Assembly (NCBI GenBank): GCA_002269645.1
Contig: NIVC01003052.1
Coordinates: 1 to 64,000 of the forward strand
Length of the DNA: 64,000 bases
Direction: 5' to 3'
Source: Macrostomum lignano
Lineage: Eukaryota
Positions 25,565 to 39,000 of this stretch are shown one piece after another. Below the pieces are notes generated by a model. That model was given only the letters and a program-made list of their open reading frames with translations, made no database searches and was not told where the DNA came from. Position numbers and translations under genes: made by a program. How positions within the stretch are numbered: the stretch's first letter is position 1; each line of letters opens with the position of its first letter.

Positions 25565-28500
25565 ATGGGCAACGACAAAAACAGCATCAAGGACAACACT
25601 AGCATTAACAAGGATACAAGTGCTTCTTCTGTTGCTGCCAATAGTAAGTTTTGTACATTTGTTGCAACTTGCAGGTGATAGGTGCTACTTTCAGGAATAG
25701 TTTCAAAGCAATCCTACCTTTATTATTAATATTCACACCTTAGGAAACCAGCTTTTACTAGCATTCTTGGCTGCCCATTTGGGCAACAGACAAACTAAAA
25801 AGTTCCTGCACTACACAATTTATTTACCAAACAATAAATCTCAATTGTTCACACTATAACTCACACTGAATAGTTCACAGGTAATTCTGTAAAAAAGTGT
25901 TTTTCAGATGTCTAAAAATGTGAATTTTTCAAACTCTTAACTGACGCAGCTCAAATCAATAGTTCACACTCAATAGTTTAGATTGAATAGTTTCGCCTGA
26001 ATAGTTTTGACAGACAGAATAATTTCAACTGAATAGTTACAACTGAATAGTTTAGACTTAATAATCTTGACTGAGTAGTTTTGACTGAATAGTGTGAACT
26101 CAATAGTTTCGACTGAGTAGTTTCGACTGAATAGTTTCGACAAAGGGAATAAATTCAATTGGAATCTGACCTTGTTTGACAGATCATTAAAATAATTATA
26201 GAAACTCTATTTTCGAATGTTTAACACCCTTAGAATTTGAGCAGATTTAAGAAATTTTGACCACTGTATAATCAGTGCAAAATCTGCAATAGTTTAGAAA
26301 AAACGCTATCAAAATTGATCAAGAATGGCACGCTCTAGAGCGAAATAGATGGACAGACATATATATATATATATATATAGGTAGATTTATAAATTTCTTT
26401 TTTACTGTGACTTTAAACAGGTGCGAAAAAGTGCGGACGGCCGAAGAAGAAAAACTGGAGCCGCTCCAAGAATAATATTAAAGTTGCTGCTGTCGGTGAT
26501 TTAACTGCTGGCGAAGAACAGATTCAAGAGCCAGATGTACAACCGGAAGCTGCTGCTGCCTCTTCTATTGCCGCTGCTGGGACTAAAGCTGGTGCTTCTG
26601 CTGATGCTGCTGCTAAAACTGAGTCTGTGATTAAGCTGGACGAGGCTGGTCTGGCTGCCCTGCTAGCTGAACATGATGCTGCTCTGGCCGACGCTCTGGC
26701 TGCTTCGGAATACCCCGTGGTCGAAGGTGATGCTGAAGTGCCCAATTCTGGTGCTGCTTACAATGAGCAACTTATAGGCTACTTGAGTGCTGGTGAGAGT
26801 TTTATTTTTTATTGAATTTCTATGCATAGTACAAGTTAATTTTCTTTCTTACATCTGACTTTGCTTGCGAATATTGAAAATTAGATTTTAGTGTTTACGA
26901 CTTGTGCAAAATACAATTAATGCTCAATTCCTTAAAATTATCATACCTCACTGTTTAAGAGTTGTATTCTTTTACAGATGAAACAGGTGCTACTGCAATG
27001 GATTTTGCCGAAGGTCATGTAACTGCTGCTGTACAAGTCCAACCTGTATGGGTTCCTTTTTCTTCGTGTCGCGTTGAGAATGTACGAGGTGACGGCAACT
27101 GTTTTTTCACGGCCATATTGAGACAATTACAAGAACTGCCAGGTTTTTCCGCCTATCAATCGCTAAGCGTAGAAGATTTTCGAGATGCGGTTGCTGCAGA
27201 ATTCGAGCAATGGGTGCATCGCGATGTCAATAATCAGGAAAGAATTATGCAAACAGGACTGAATTGGGAAAAAGTGCGCGACGATACAAGGCGTCCCCGT
27301 ATGTACGTGCCATGCGGAGTTCCAGAACTAATTGGTGAACTGTTGCGGCTAGAAGTGTTTATTTATCAGTCAAACATGCTTAATCTAGCGCGGCCTGGCC
27401 ATTATTCCCGACCGAATATTGGAGAACGTTTGGCTACTATTCGATTGTTGTTTAATCCTGGTAGTCAACACTACGAAATCGTTCGTGTCAATGATTTGGA
27501 AGTTAATGAAGCAAGCTCAGTTCGGCCGACTGGCCAAGGAGATTTGAGCGCCAAGAATGTGGAAATGCCCCCTCTCAACGAGAATGTTCATGTTGTCGAA
27601 GATCCTGTTGTAATGATGCCACCTCCAGCTCCACCAATGACGCCTTTTGAAAAGGTTGCAGACTGGACCCGAGTTCAAAGTAGGCATTGGAAGGGACGTT
27701 GTAGAAATCAAGCAAAGTCCTTGGAAAATAATACGAGTTTGTTTGCGCATCCGAATTCATATGAAGTGCTTCGGGATCGGAACAACTCTGTCTGGAATTG
27801 GAATGTCGATCTTGACGCGGAGGATAGCGCAGAGTCAGTTGAAATTGAGCATGTGTCAGAGTCAGTTAAAAGTGATCGTGTGTCAGAGTCCGTGCCATCA
27901 AATGTTCCGCGGCGCAGTCGGCGTAAAAAGGATGTTGGGAAGGCAAGTTGCGCTACGCGTCGGAGTAGTCGACTGAGCGCTAAAGCAAACACATTAGAGT
28001 CTGTGTCTGTTGCAGCCTCTAGTGTATCTGGTCAGAGCTTATTGAGAAGAAGCAGTCGCACTCGGAGAGCACCATGTTGCAGTTGCATCGGTTGTGGCGA
28101 CTCAGTTTCGGCGGTTTCAAGCGTTTCTTGCCATTTGGAAAAAGGAAGAGGTCGAGAAAAGAAGAGCGACGTTGTACCAAGTGCTCCTACTCGTCGCAGC
28201 GAGCGTTTGAAAAACCAGCAGCAAGTGGTCAACTATGCAAATTCTTTACCACGGAAACAGAGATTGACAAACGCAGAAAATCATATCTGCGAACCCGTTC
28301 GATCGTCGCCTAGGAAGACGGCACCTTTGCAGCAGGAGCAGCAAGATAAACGTCAGTCTGATAATATTCCAGCTACTTCTACGTATTCATCACCACGAAA
28401 GACACGTGCTACTCAGGAGAAGCCTGATGAAGCGATCCGTTCGTCACCCAGAAAGCGGCCTACAATGGAGCAGCAGCCAGCTAAAGAAAATGTTCCGCAG

Positions 28501-31500
28501 AGCAGCACTTCAGAAGAGAGCGCTCAAGATGCTCCAATTGTTGAAGATGAAATCGGAGATCCTAATCTGCCAAAGTGCCTTCGCAATCCGTTCACAGACC
28601 AGTTCAAAAAGATGAGGCAAGACTTTTTCAATGAAAACATAACAAAAGTATCACATTTGAAACAGTGCTACGTGTGTAGGGAAAAGTTTCCTGGAAAATA
28701 TTTTAGCATCGATTCTGAAGACATGTGCGATCGTTGTTTCAGAGATGACAATGAGCCGAAATCGTTTAGCCAAGAAAACAATGCGATTCCGATGTTGGAG
28801 CAGCCAGAAGATTTGCAAGATTTGAGTGTAGCAGAGCAAATGTTGATTTCGCCAGTTTTGTCGGTTATTGTTGTGGTACAAATTTTTCCCCAAAAGCAAA
28901 CAAAATCGAGAGGACACGGAATCATGTTGCCTCAAGATCAGTCGCACGTTTTGCGAGAGCTGCCAAGACGATCTCTGCCAGTTGTTTTAATGTACGACGA
29001 AAGAGCCCGTGTTCAGCCTGGAGAAGCGCAAAGCGGCACAATGAACAATTTGCGAGTTCGACGCGACAAAGTGACTAATGCGATGCGCTATTTAATGGCA
29101 AACAACAAGTACTTTAGACAGTATCAGGTTTCAATGAATAATGATGCGTTGCTACATCTGCCTGAAGATGGTTATGCTCATCAAGTAGAAGGTATGATTG
29201 TCGAAATGCAGTCTGACAATGAAGTGAATTTCGAGGCGGCACAGCAAGAAGGCGGCTCAGCCAGAGCTGAGCGATTGCAGCAACAAGTAGAAAAAAATGC
29301 GGACGAGACGAACGAGCTCGAGGAAACAATTAGTTCGCTGTTGGAGACTCCTTTGCGTCGATTGGAATCGGCAGTACGAGACAAATTTTTGAGTGAAAAA
29401 TTGAAATGGCCAGCAAGAAGCAACGAGCCGGTAAACGAATTTCAGGATGAAGGATATTTTACATTGGCTTATCCTCATCTCTTTCCGGATGGAGCAGGAG
29501 ATTATAGTACGCCACGTAATTTTGGACTAAGTTTGGGCGACTATGCAAAGCATTTGATGCAATTCCGGTGTCCAAGATTTCGTACCGATTTGCGGTTTAA
29601 ATTTTACATTGAAAATATGGTGATGCGTTGGAGGGCGCTGGAAGTTGGTCGCGTGTTTGTACACGACAACAAGTATGCTGGATTAAGTGCCAAGGAAATG
29701 ATTGAAGCACTAAATGACCCGGCAGTATTGGCTAGCGTGTCAGTTCGAGCATCAGATTTGCGAGGCACAAGCGCTTATTGGCAGAGTAAAGGACGGCAAT
29801 TGGAAGCCATGATTCGAACGCTTGGTGTTCCTCATTTTTTCGTGACACTATCGGCAGCAGATGTACATTGGCCAGAGTTGCAGCATGCCTGGGGAATCGA
29901 TGCAGAGCAATATGAAAGCAATGTAGAACTAAGAGCAGAAATGTTGTCAAAGTTGCAAAAAGATCCCGGAATGGCAGACACTGTGTTTTGGTTGCGATTT
30001 GAAACATGTTTGAAACGTTTTTTGGTCGAGCACTGGAAAGTAAACGATTATTGGTTTCGCATAGAATATCAGAGTCGCGGAAGTCCACACGTTCACGGTT
30101 GCATTTGGATGCCAGATGGTGTTGATGTGACATCGAATACATTGAATGCAGAAGAATTGACGAGCTTTGTTGACAAGTACATCTGTAGTTGGAATTTGGC
30201 CATGGACGAATCGGATTATGGAAATCAAGTTTTGAATGGCAGTTTAGCAGGTCAAGGTCATCCAGCTCAACTGAAACCGGAAGAGATTGAAAATGACAAG
30301 CAAGATTTGCAGTTAATTTCGCATTTGACAGAGAGGCACACTATTTGCAGTAAAAAGTGCTTGCGAACAGTAAAAGGCAAACAAGAGTGCCGATTCAAGT
30401 ATCCGCGCGAGCCGCAGGAAAAGACTGTTGCAAAGCGAGTATCCCGTTTAAATTGGCAAGTTGAGACGCAGCGCAACGACGAGCGAATGATTTCTCACAG
30501 TCCGCAGTTGCTGTGCATGTGGAGAGCCAATGTCGATGTTCAAATGATTTCGTCCGTGAAGAATTTGATTCGCTATTTGATCAAGTATGCGACAAAAAGC
30601 GAAAAGGAGTCGGATTATATGGCGGAGCTGACAAAGCGTCTTCATAAGGAGTTGGAAGATAATGCAGAACAGAATGCCGATAACAATTTTCAGCGTAGCA
30701 ACACTGCAAGGCGTGTTGTACAACAACACTTGATGGCGCAAGTTGGAGCGCGTGATTATTCGGCGCAAGAGGCAATGCATTTGCTATTGCAGACGTCAAT
30801 GTACAAGGGTTCGCGAGAATTTGTTTTTGTTCAGACTGGCGAAACCCGCGCAGTGGAGGAAAAGGGTGTTTGCAGGAATAGTTGCGACAAGTATTCAAAG
30901 CGTGCAAAGAATTTGGAAAATGTAACAATGTTTCGTTTCTTTTCCGACTACTGTCTCAGCCCTAATGGGAGGTGCACAAAAAGGCCGAAACAAGTAGTTT
31001 TGCTAATCAGTCCATTTTTTCGACCGAATGAGCAATCAGACGAAAGACGCGAAGGCTATTATCGGCAGCAGGTTTTGTTGTACAGTTGTTGGCGAAATGA
31101 GCGAGAAGCCAAAGGTTTGCACACAAGCTGGCAGCAAGCGTACGAAGCCATGCCTGCTGAGAATCGATGCGAGCTGCAGCTGCCCAATTTGGACGATTTG
31201 CGCAACGACGAAGCTGACGAAGAAGTCGAAGCAGTTGCGGAGCTACCCGAAATGACCAACGCAAATGCGCAATCTGCTGCTCAGCCAACTTATGAGCACG
31301 AAGAGCAAGAAGATTGGATGGTTGCAGTGGGGGCACTTCATCGCGAGAGAAATCTATTGGCCTGTCCAGAAGATCAATTGCCAAAGCCGCCAGAAAATTT
31401 TGACTGGAGCGCAGCTAGTGGCGGCCAGTTTCCAACGGTTGGAGAAGCAAAGGCGTTTTTAAGTAGCGACCTAAAACTTGGCGCAAGAGAGGTCGCTGAC

Positions 31501-33031
31501 ATGCCGATAAACAGTGTTGAATCGCTTAATGTTCGGCAGCGAGAAATGTACAACCTAATTGAAAGTCATTTGCAGCTTTCAAGACTAGCCGAAGAAAACC
31601 AAGGCGAAAAGCCGGAGCCTCTCAAAGCAATTTTGTATGGTAGCGCTGGAACTGGAAAAAGCTACTTGATTTCTACATTGCGTCGGTTGATTGGAGAATC
31701 AAGATGCAGAATTATGGCATCAACAGGCGTAGCCGCTTTCAATATTGCAGGCGAAACTTTGCACTCGGCTTTGAAATTGAATGTAAATTTTAGTGCTGGT
31801 GTTGGCAAGAAATCCCTAATGGAGATGCAAGAGCAGTGGAAAGATGTGCGCTACATTTTTATTGACGAATTTAGCATGCTTGGCCAAAGGTTACTCCGTA
31901 AGGTGGATGCTCGTTTGCGCGAATTGTTTCCAGAACACAGTAAACAGAGTTTTGGTGGTCGATCTGTAATCCTAATTGCGACGTGTTTCAATTGCCTCCA
32001 GTTTTGGACACGCAACTGTACGTTTACAATCCAAATCAAAAGAAGCACGATATATTGAAATCTGAAGGCTATAAATTGTACATGGAGTTCAAAAAGGTTG
32101 TGCATCTGACAGAACAAGTCCGACAAGCAAACGATACGGAATTCGCCCAGTTGTTGGATAAACTTCGCGAAGGCAAGGCCGACGAAGCCTGCTGGAATTC
32201 GTTGATGAACAATTGTCGCGTCTATGCTCCCGACCTTTTGCCTGAAGGTTTCCAAAGCGGGTGTACATTTTTATATCACACTAACGAGGATGTGAGAAAT
32301 CGCAACTACATGCTATTGGGAAAGATGGTTTCCGAATTGAATCCTGTGCGGCAAATTAACGCAATTTGTAAAGGAGACGAAGCAAAATTGTGTGGCAAAA
32401 AGAAGGAACATAAAAAATCGGATACGAATCTGGAGAAGCGACTCTATTTGTGTATTGGTGCTCGAGTAATGCTAACTAGAAATCTGTCAGTACGCAATGG
32501 ACTTGTGAATGGATCAGTTGGAACTGTACGAGGAATTTGCTACGCTCCTGGAAGGCAATCACCAAAGGATTGGCCAGATTGTATTTGGGTTGAATTTGAC
32601 AATTATTCTGGCCCAGCAATGGGGGCAATTGTACAAGATAATCGTGCAATTCGTGTAGTGCCAATTCTGTCAGTAACGAATGAAAAGTTTAAAGGAGGAG
32701 CCAATTGTCGCGTCAACAATTTCCACTACGATTGGCTTGGGCTAGTACGATTCACAAGAGCCAAGGACTTACAATTCCAAAAGCGTACGTGGCGTTTAGC
32801 AAAGGAGGCGCCAGGAAAGCTATTCCAGCTGGATTATTTTATACTGCGGTGAGTAGAGTTCGTGCATTTGCAGATTTGCGAGTATCAAGTTGCGATTACA
32901 ACAATTTCGTGAGCCTTTTTTCTGCACAAAAAGTGCAGACGCAGTTGCATGAGCAAAAGCGTTTGCTGAGAATGTGCTCATCGCGAATTCTGATAGCCGC
33001 TACTTGCTATCTAAAGTCGGCAACTATTTAG
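25565..33031 (+). CDS. Helentron RepHel transposase (AT-hook-like, OTU protease, Zn finger, HUH Rep, PIF1 helicase), 3 exons, ~2170 aa if two 1-bp deletions are restored
   Basis: Exons 25565-25643 (MGNDKNS...), 26421-26792 (AKKCGRPKKK...) and 26978-33031, joined by phase-1 GT-AG introns. OTU VRGDGNCFFTAI...QHYE; CYVC...CDRC; Rep PHFFVTLSAADVHWP, EYQSRGSPHVHGCIW, YLIKYATK; helicase GSAGTGKS, FIDEFSM, FGG..[GD.FQLPP], QVRQ, GARVMLTRN, NGLVNG, RQQFPLRLAWASTIHKSQG, YTAVSRV. Frameshifts at ~31978 and ~32707. Confidence 0.9.
25960..26145. repeat. Degenerate ~13-14-bp repeat (TGAATAGTTTCGAC) in transposase intron 1
   Basis: About 10 diverged copies. Confidence 0.7.
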
Positions 33032-36000
33032 TCAGCAACTATCCATCCAGTCAGCATCCGTCCAGTCAGCAGCCGTCAGTCAGCAACAATCCAGTCAGCA
33101 ACCATCCAGTCAGCAACCATCCAGTCAGCAAATATCCATCCAGTCAGCAACCATTCGTCCAGTCAGCATCCATCCAGTCAGCAACCATCCAGTCAGCAAC
33201 CATCCAGTCAGCATCCGTCCAGTCAGCAGCCATCCAGTCAGCAACCGTCCATCCAGTCAGCAACAATCCAGTCAGCAATCATCCAGTCAGCAACCATCCA
33301 GTCACAACCATCCAGTCAGCAGTCATCCAGTCAGCAACCATCCGTCCAGTCAGCAACCATCCGTCCAGTCAGCAATCATCCGTCCAGTCAGCGACCATCC
33401 AGTCGGCAACCATCCAGTCACAACCATACGTCCAGTCAGCAACCATCCAGTCAGCAACCATCCAGTCAGCAACCATCCATCCATTCAGCAACCATCCAGT
33501 CAGCAACCATCCAGTCAGCAACCATCCAGTCAGCAACCATTCGTCCAGCAACCATCCATCCAGTCAGCAACAATCCAGTCAGCAACCATCCAGTCAGCAA
33601 ACATCCATCCAGTCAGCAACCATTCGTCCAGTCAGCATCCATCCAGTCAGCAACCATCCAGTCAGCAACCATCCAGTCAGCATCCGTCCAGTCAGCAGCC
33701 ATCCAGTCAGCAACCGTCCATCCAGTCAGCAACAATCCAGTCAGCAATCATCCAGTCAGCAACCATCCAGTCACAACCATCCAGTCAGCAGTCATCCAGT
33801 CAGCAACCATCCGTCCAGTCAGCAACCATCCGTCCAGTCAGCAATCATCCGTCCAGTCAGCGACCATCCAGTCGGCAACCATCCAGTCACAACCATACGT
33901 CCAGTCAGCAACCATCCAGTCAGCAACCATCCAGTCAGCAACCATCCATCCATTCAGCAACCATCCAGTCAGCAACCATCCAGTCAGCAACCATCCAGTC
34001 AGCAACCATTCGTCCAGCAACCATCCATCCAGTCAGCAACAATCCAGTCAGCAACCATCCAGTCAGCAACCATCCAGTCAGCAACCATCCGTCCAGTCAG
34101 CAACCATCCAGTCAGCAGCCATCCTGTCAGCAGCCATCCAGTCAGCAGCCATCCAGTCAGCAACCGTCCATCCAGTCAGCACCCATCCAGTCAACAACCA
34201 TCCAGTCAGCGACCATCCAGTCAGCAACCATCCAGTCAGCAACCATCCAGTCAACAACAGTCCATCCAGTCAGCAAACATCCATCCAGTCAGCAACCATC
34301 CAGTCAACAACAGTCCATCCAGTCAGCAACCATCCATCCAGTCAGCAACAATCCAGTCACAACCATACATCCAGTCAGCAACCATCCAGTCAGCAACCAT
34401 CCGTCCAGTCAGCAACCATCCAGTCAGCAGCCATCCTGTCAGCAGCCATCCAGTCAGCAGCCATCCAGTCAGCAACCGTCCATCCAGTCAGCACCCATCC
34501 AGTCAACAACCATCCAGTCAGCGACCATCCAGTCAGCAACCATCCAGTCAGCAACCATCCAGTCAGCAAACATCCATCCAGTCAGCAACCATCCAGTCAA
34601 CAACAGTCCATCAAGTCAGCAACCAATCATCCAGTCAGCAACAATCCAGTCAGCAACAATCCAGTCAGCAACAATGCAGTCACAACCATACATCCAGTCA
34701 GCAACCATCCAGTCAGCAACCGTCCATCCAGTCAGCAACAATCCAGTCAGCAACAATCCAGTCAGCAACCGTCCATCCAGTCAGCAACTATCCAGTCAGC
34801 AACCATCCATCCAGTCAGCAACCGTCCAGTCAACAACCATCCAGTCAGCGACCATCCAGTCAGCAACCATCCAGTCAGCAACCATCCAGTCAACAACAGT
34901 CCATCCAGTCAGCAAACATCCATCCAGTCAGCAACCATCCAGTCAACAACAGTCCATCCAGTCAGCAACTATCCATCCAGTCAGCAACAATCCAGTCACA
35001 ACCATACATCCAGTCAGCAACCATCCAGTCAGCAACCATCCGTCCAGTCAGCAACCATCCAGTCAGCAGCCATCCTGTCAGCAGCCATCCAGTCAGCAGC
35101 CATCCAGTCAGCAACCGTCCATCCAGTCAGCACCCATCCAGTCAACAACCATCCAGTCAGCGACCATCCAGTCAGCAACCATCCAGTCAGCAACCATCCA
35201 GTCAGCAAACATCCATCCAGTCAGCAACCATCCAGTCAACAACAGTCCATCAAGTCAGCAACCAATCATCCAGTCAGCAACAATCCAGTCAGCAACAATC
35301 CAGTCAGCAACAATCCAGTCACAACCATACATCCAGTCAGCAACCATCCAGTCAGCAACCGTCCATCCAGTCAGCAACAATCCAGTCAGCAACAATCCAG
35401 TCAGCAACCGTCCATCCAGTCAGCAACTATCCAGTCAGCAACCATCCATCCAGTCAGCAACCGTCCAGTCAGCAACCATCCAGTCAGCAATCATCCATCC
35501 AGTCAGCAACCATCCAGTCAACAACCGTCCATCCAGTCAGCAACCATCCAGTCAACAACCATCCAGTCAGCGACCATCCAGTCAGCAACCATCCAGTCAG
35601 CAACCATCCAGTCAGCAACCATCCAGTCAGCAAACATCCATCCAGTCAGCAACCATCCAGTCAACAACAGTCCATCCAGTCAGCAACCATCCATCCAGTC
35701 AGCAACAATCCAGTCACAACCATACATCCAGTCAGCAACCATCCAGTCAGCAACCGTCCATCCAGTCAGCAACAATCCAGTCAGCAACAATCCAGTCACA
35801 ACCATACATCCAGTCAGCAACCATCCAGTCAGCAACCGTCCATCCAGTCAGCAACAATCCAGTCAGGAACAATCCAGTCAGCAACCATCCAGTCAGCAAC
35901 CATCCAGTCAGCAACCGTCCATCCAGTCAGCAACAATCCAGTCACAACCATCCGTCCAGTCAGCAACCATCCAGTCAGCAAACATCCATCCAGTCGGAAA

Positions 36001-39000
36001 CCATCCAGGCAGCAACCATCTAGTCAGCAACCATCCATCGAGTCAGCAACCGTCCAGTCAGCAACCATCCAGTCAGCAGCCATCCTGTCAGCAGCCATCC
36101 AGTCAGCAAACATCCATCCAGTCAGCAACCATCCATCCAGTCAGCACCCATCCAGTCAACAACCATCCAGTCAGCGACCATCCAGTCAGCAACCATCCAG
36201 TCAGCAACCATCCAGTCAGCAAACATCCATCCAGTCAGCAACCATCCAGTCAACAAACATCCATCCAGTCAGCAACCATCCAGTCAACAACAGTCCATCA
36301 AGTCAGCAACCAATCATCCAGTCAGCAACAATCCAGTCAGCAACAATCCAGTCAGCAACAATCCAGTCACAACCATACATCCAGTCAGCAACCATCCAGT
36401 CAGCAACCGTCCATCCAGTCAGCAACAATCCAGTCAGCAACAATCCAGTCAGCAACCGTCCATCCAGTCAGCAACTATCCAGTCAGCAACCATCCATCCA
36501 GTCAGCAACCGTCCAGTCAGCAACCATCCAGTCAGCAATCATCCATCCAGTCAGCAACCATCCAGTCAACAACCGTCCATCCAGTCAGCAACCATCCAGT
36601 CAACAACCATCCAGTCAGCGACCATCCAGTCAGCAACCATCCAGTCAGCAACCATCCAGTCAGCAACCATCCAGTCAGCAAACATCCATCCAGTCAGCAA
36701 CCATCCAGTCAACAACAGTCCATCCAGTCAGCAACCATCCATCCAGTCAGCAACAATCCAGTCACAACCATACATCCAGTCAGCAACCATCCAGTCAGCA
36801 ACCGTCCATCCAGTCAGCAACAATCCAGTCAGCAACAATCCAGTCACAACCATACATCCAGTCAGCAACCATCCAGTCAGCAACCGTCCATCCAGTCAGC
36901 AACAATCCAGTCAGGAACAATCCAGTCAGCAACCATCCAGTCAGCAACCATCCAGTCAGCAACCGTCCATCCAGTCAGCAACAATCCAGTCACAACCATC
37001 CGTCCAGTCAGCAACCATCCAGTCAGCAAACATCCATCCAGTCGGAAACCATCCTGGCAGCAACCATCTAGTCAGCAACCATCCATCGAGTCAGCAACCG
37101 TCCAGTCAGCAACCATCCTGTCAGCAGCCATCCTGTCAGCAGCCATCCAGTCAGCAAACATTCATCCAGTCAGCAACCATCCATCCAGTCAGCACCCATC
37201 CAGTCAACAACCATCCAGTCAGCGACCATCCAGTCAGCAACCATCCAGTCAGCAACCATCCAGTCAGCAAACATCCATCCAGTCAGCAACCATCCAGTCA
37301 ACAACAGTCCATCCAGTCAGCAACAATCCAGTCAGCAACAATCCAGTCACAACCATACATCCAGTCAGCAACCATCCAGTCAGCAGCCATCTAGTCAGCA
37401 GCCATCGAGTCAGCAGCCATCCAGTGAGCAACCGTCCATCCAGTTAGCAACCATCCAGTCAGCAACCATCCGTCCAGTCAGCAACCATCCAGTCAGCAGC
37501 CATCCTGTCAGCAGCCATCCAGTCAGCAGCCATCCAGTCAGCAACCGTCCATCCAGTCAGCACCCATCCAGTCAACAACCATCCAGTCAGCGACCATCCA
37601 GTCAGCAACCATCCAGTCAGCAACCATCCAGTCAGCAAACATCCATCCAGTCAGCAACCATCCAGTCAACAACAGTCCATCAAGTCAGCAACCAATCATC
37701 CAGTCAGCAACAATCCAGTCAGCAACAATCCAGTCAGCAACAATCCAGTCACAACCATACATCCAGTCAGCAACCATCCAGTCAGCAACCGTCCATCCAG
37801 TCAGCAACAATCCAGTCAGCAACAATCCAGTCAGCAACCGTCCATCCAGTCAGCAACTATCCAGTCAGCAACCATCCATCCAGTCAGCAACCGTCCAGTC
37901 AGCAACCATCCAGTCAGCAATCATCCATCCAGTCAGCAACCATCCAGTCAACAACCGTCCATCCAGTCAGCAACCATCCAGTCAACAACCATCCAGTCAG
38001 CGACCATCCAGTCAGCAACCATCCAGTCAGCAACCATCCAGTCAGCAACCATCCAGTCAGCAAACATCCATCCAGTCAGCAACCATCCAGTCAACAACAG
38101 TCCATCCAGTCAGCAACCATCCATCCAGTCAGCAACAATCCAGTCACAACCATACATCCAGTCAGCAACCATCCAGTCAGCAACCGTCCATCCAGTCAGC
38201 AACAATCCAGTCAGCAACAATCCAGTCACAACCATACATCCAGTCAGCAACCATCCAGTCAGCAACCGTCCGTCCAGTCAGCAACAATCCAGTCAGGAAC
38301 AATCCAGTCAGCAACCATCCAGTCAGCAACCATCCAGTCAGCAACCGTCCATCCAGTCAGCAACAATCCAGTCACAACCATCCGTCCAGTCAGCAACCAT
38401 CCAGTCAGCAAACATCCATCCAGTCGGAAACCATCCAGGCAGCAACCATCTAGTCAGCAACCATCCATCGAGTCAGCAACCGTCCAGTCAGCAACCATCC
38501 AGTCAGCAGCCATCCTGTCAGCAGCCATCCAGTCAGCAAACATCCATCCAGTCAGCAACCATCCATCCAGTCAGCACCCATCCAGTCAACAACCATCCAG
38601 TCAGCGACCATCCAGTCAGCAACCATCCAGTCAGCAACCATCCAGTCAGCAAACATCCATCCAGTCAGCAACCATCCAGTCAACAACAGTCCATCCAGTC
38701 AGCAACAATCCAGTCAGCAACAATCCAGTCACAACCATACATCCAGTCAGCAACCATCCAGTCAGCAGCCATCTAGTCAGCAGCCATCGAGTCAGCAGCC
38801 ATCCAGTGAGCAACCGTCCATCCAGTTAGCAACCATCCAGTCAGCAACAATCCAGTCACAACCATACGTCCAGTCAGCAACCATCCAGTCAGCAACCATC
38901 CGTCCAGTCAGCAACCATTCCAGTCAGCAACAATCCAGTCACAACCATACGTCCAGTCAGCAACCATCCAGTCAGCAACCGTCCATCCAGTCAGCAACCA

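Noticed and set aside
31970-32715. Programmed ribosomal frameshifting in the helicase
   Set aside because: No slippery heptamer or downstream structure; each break is fixed by one missing base within a conserved motif.
32974-37071. 1365-aa Q/S/H/P-rich protein (mucin/adhesive-like) encoded by the element
   Set aside because: The 15-bp unit has no stop in any plus frame, so long ORFs are expected; starts at GTG, with no signal peptide or unique domain.
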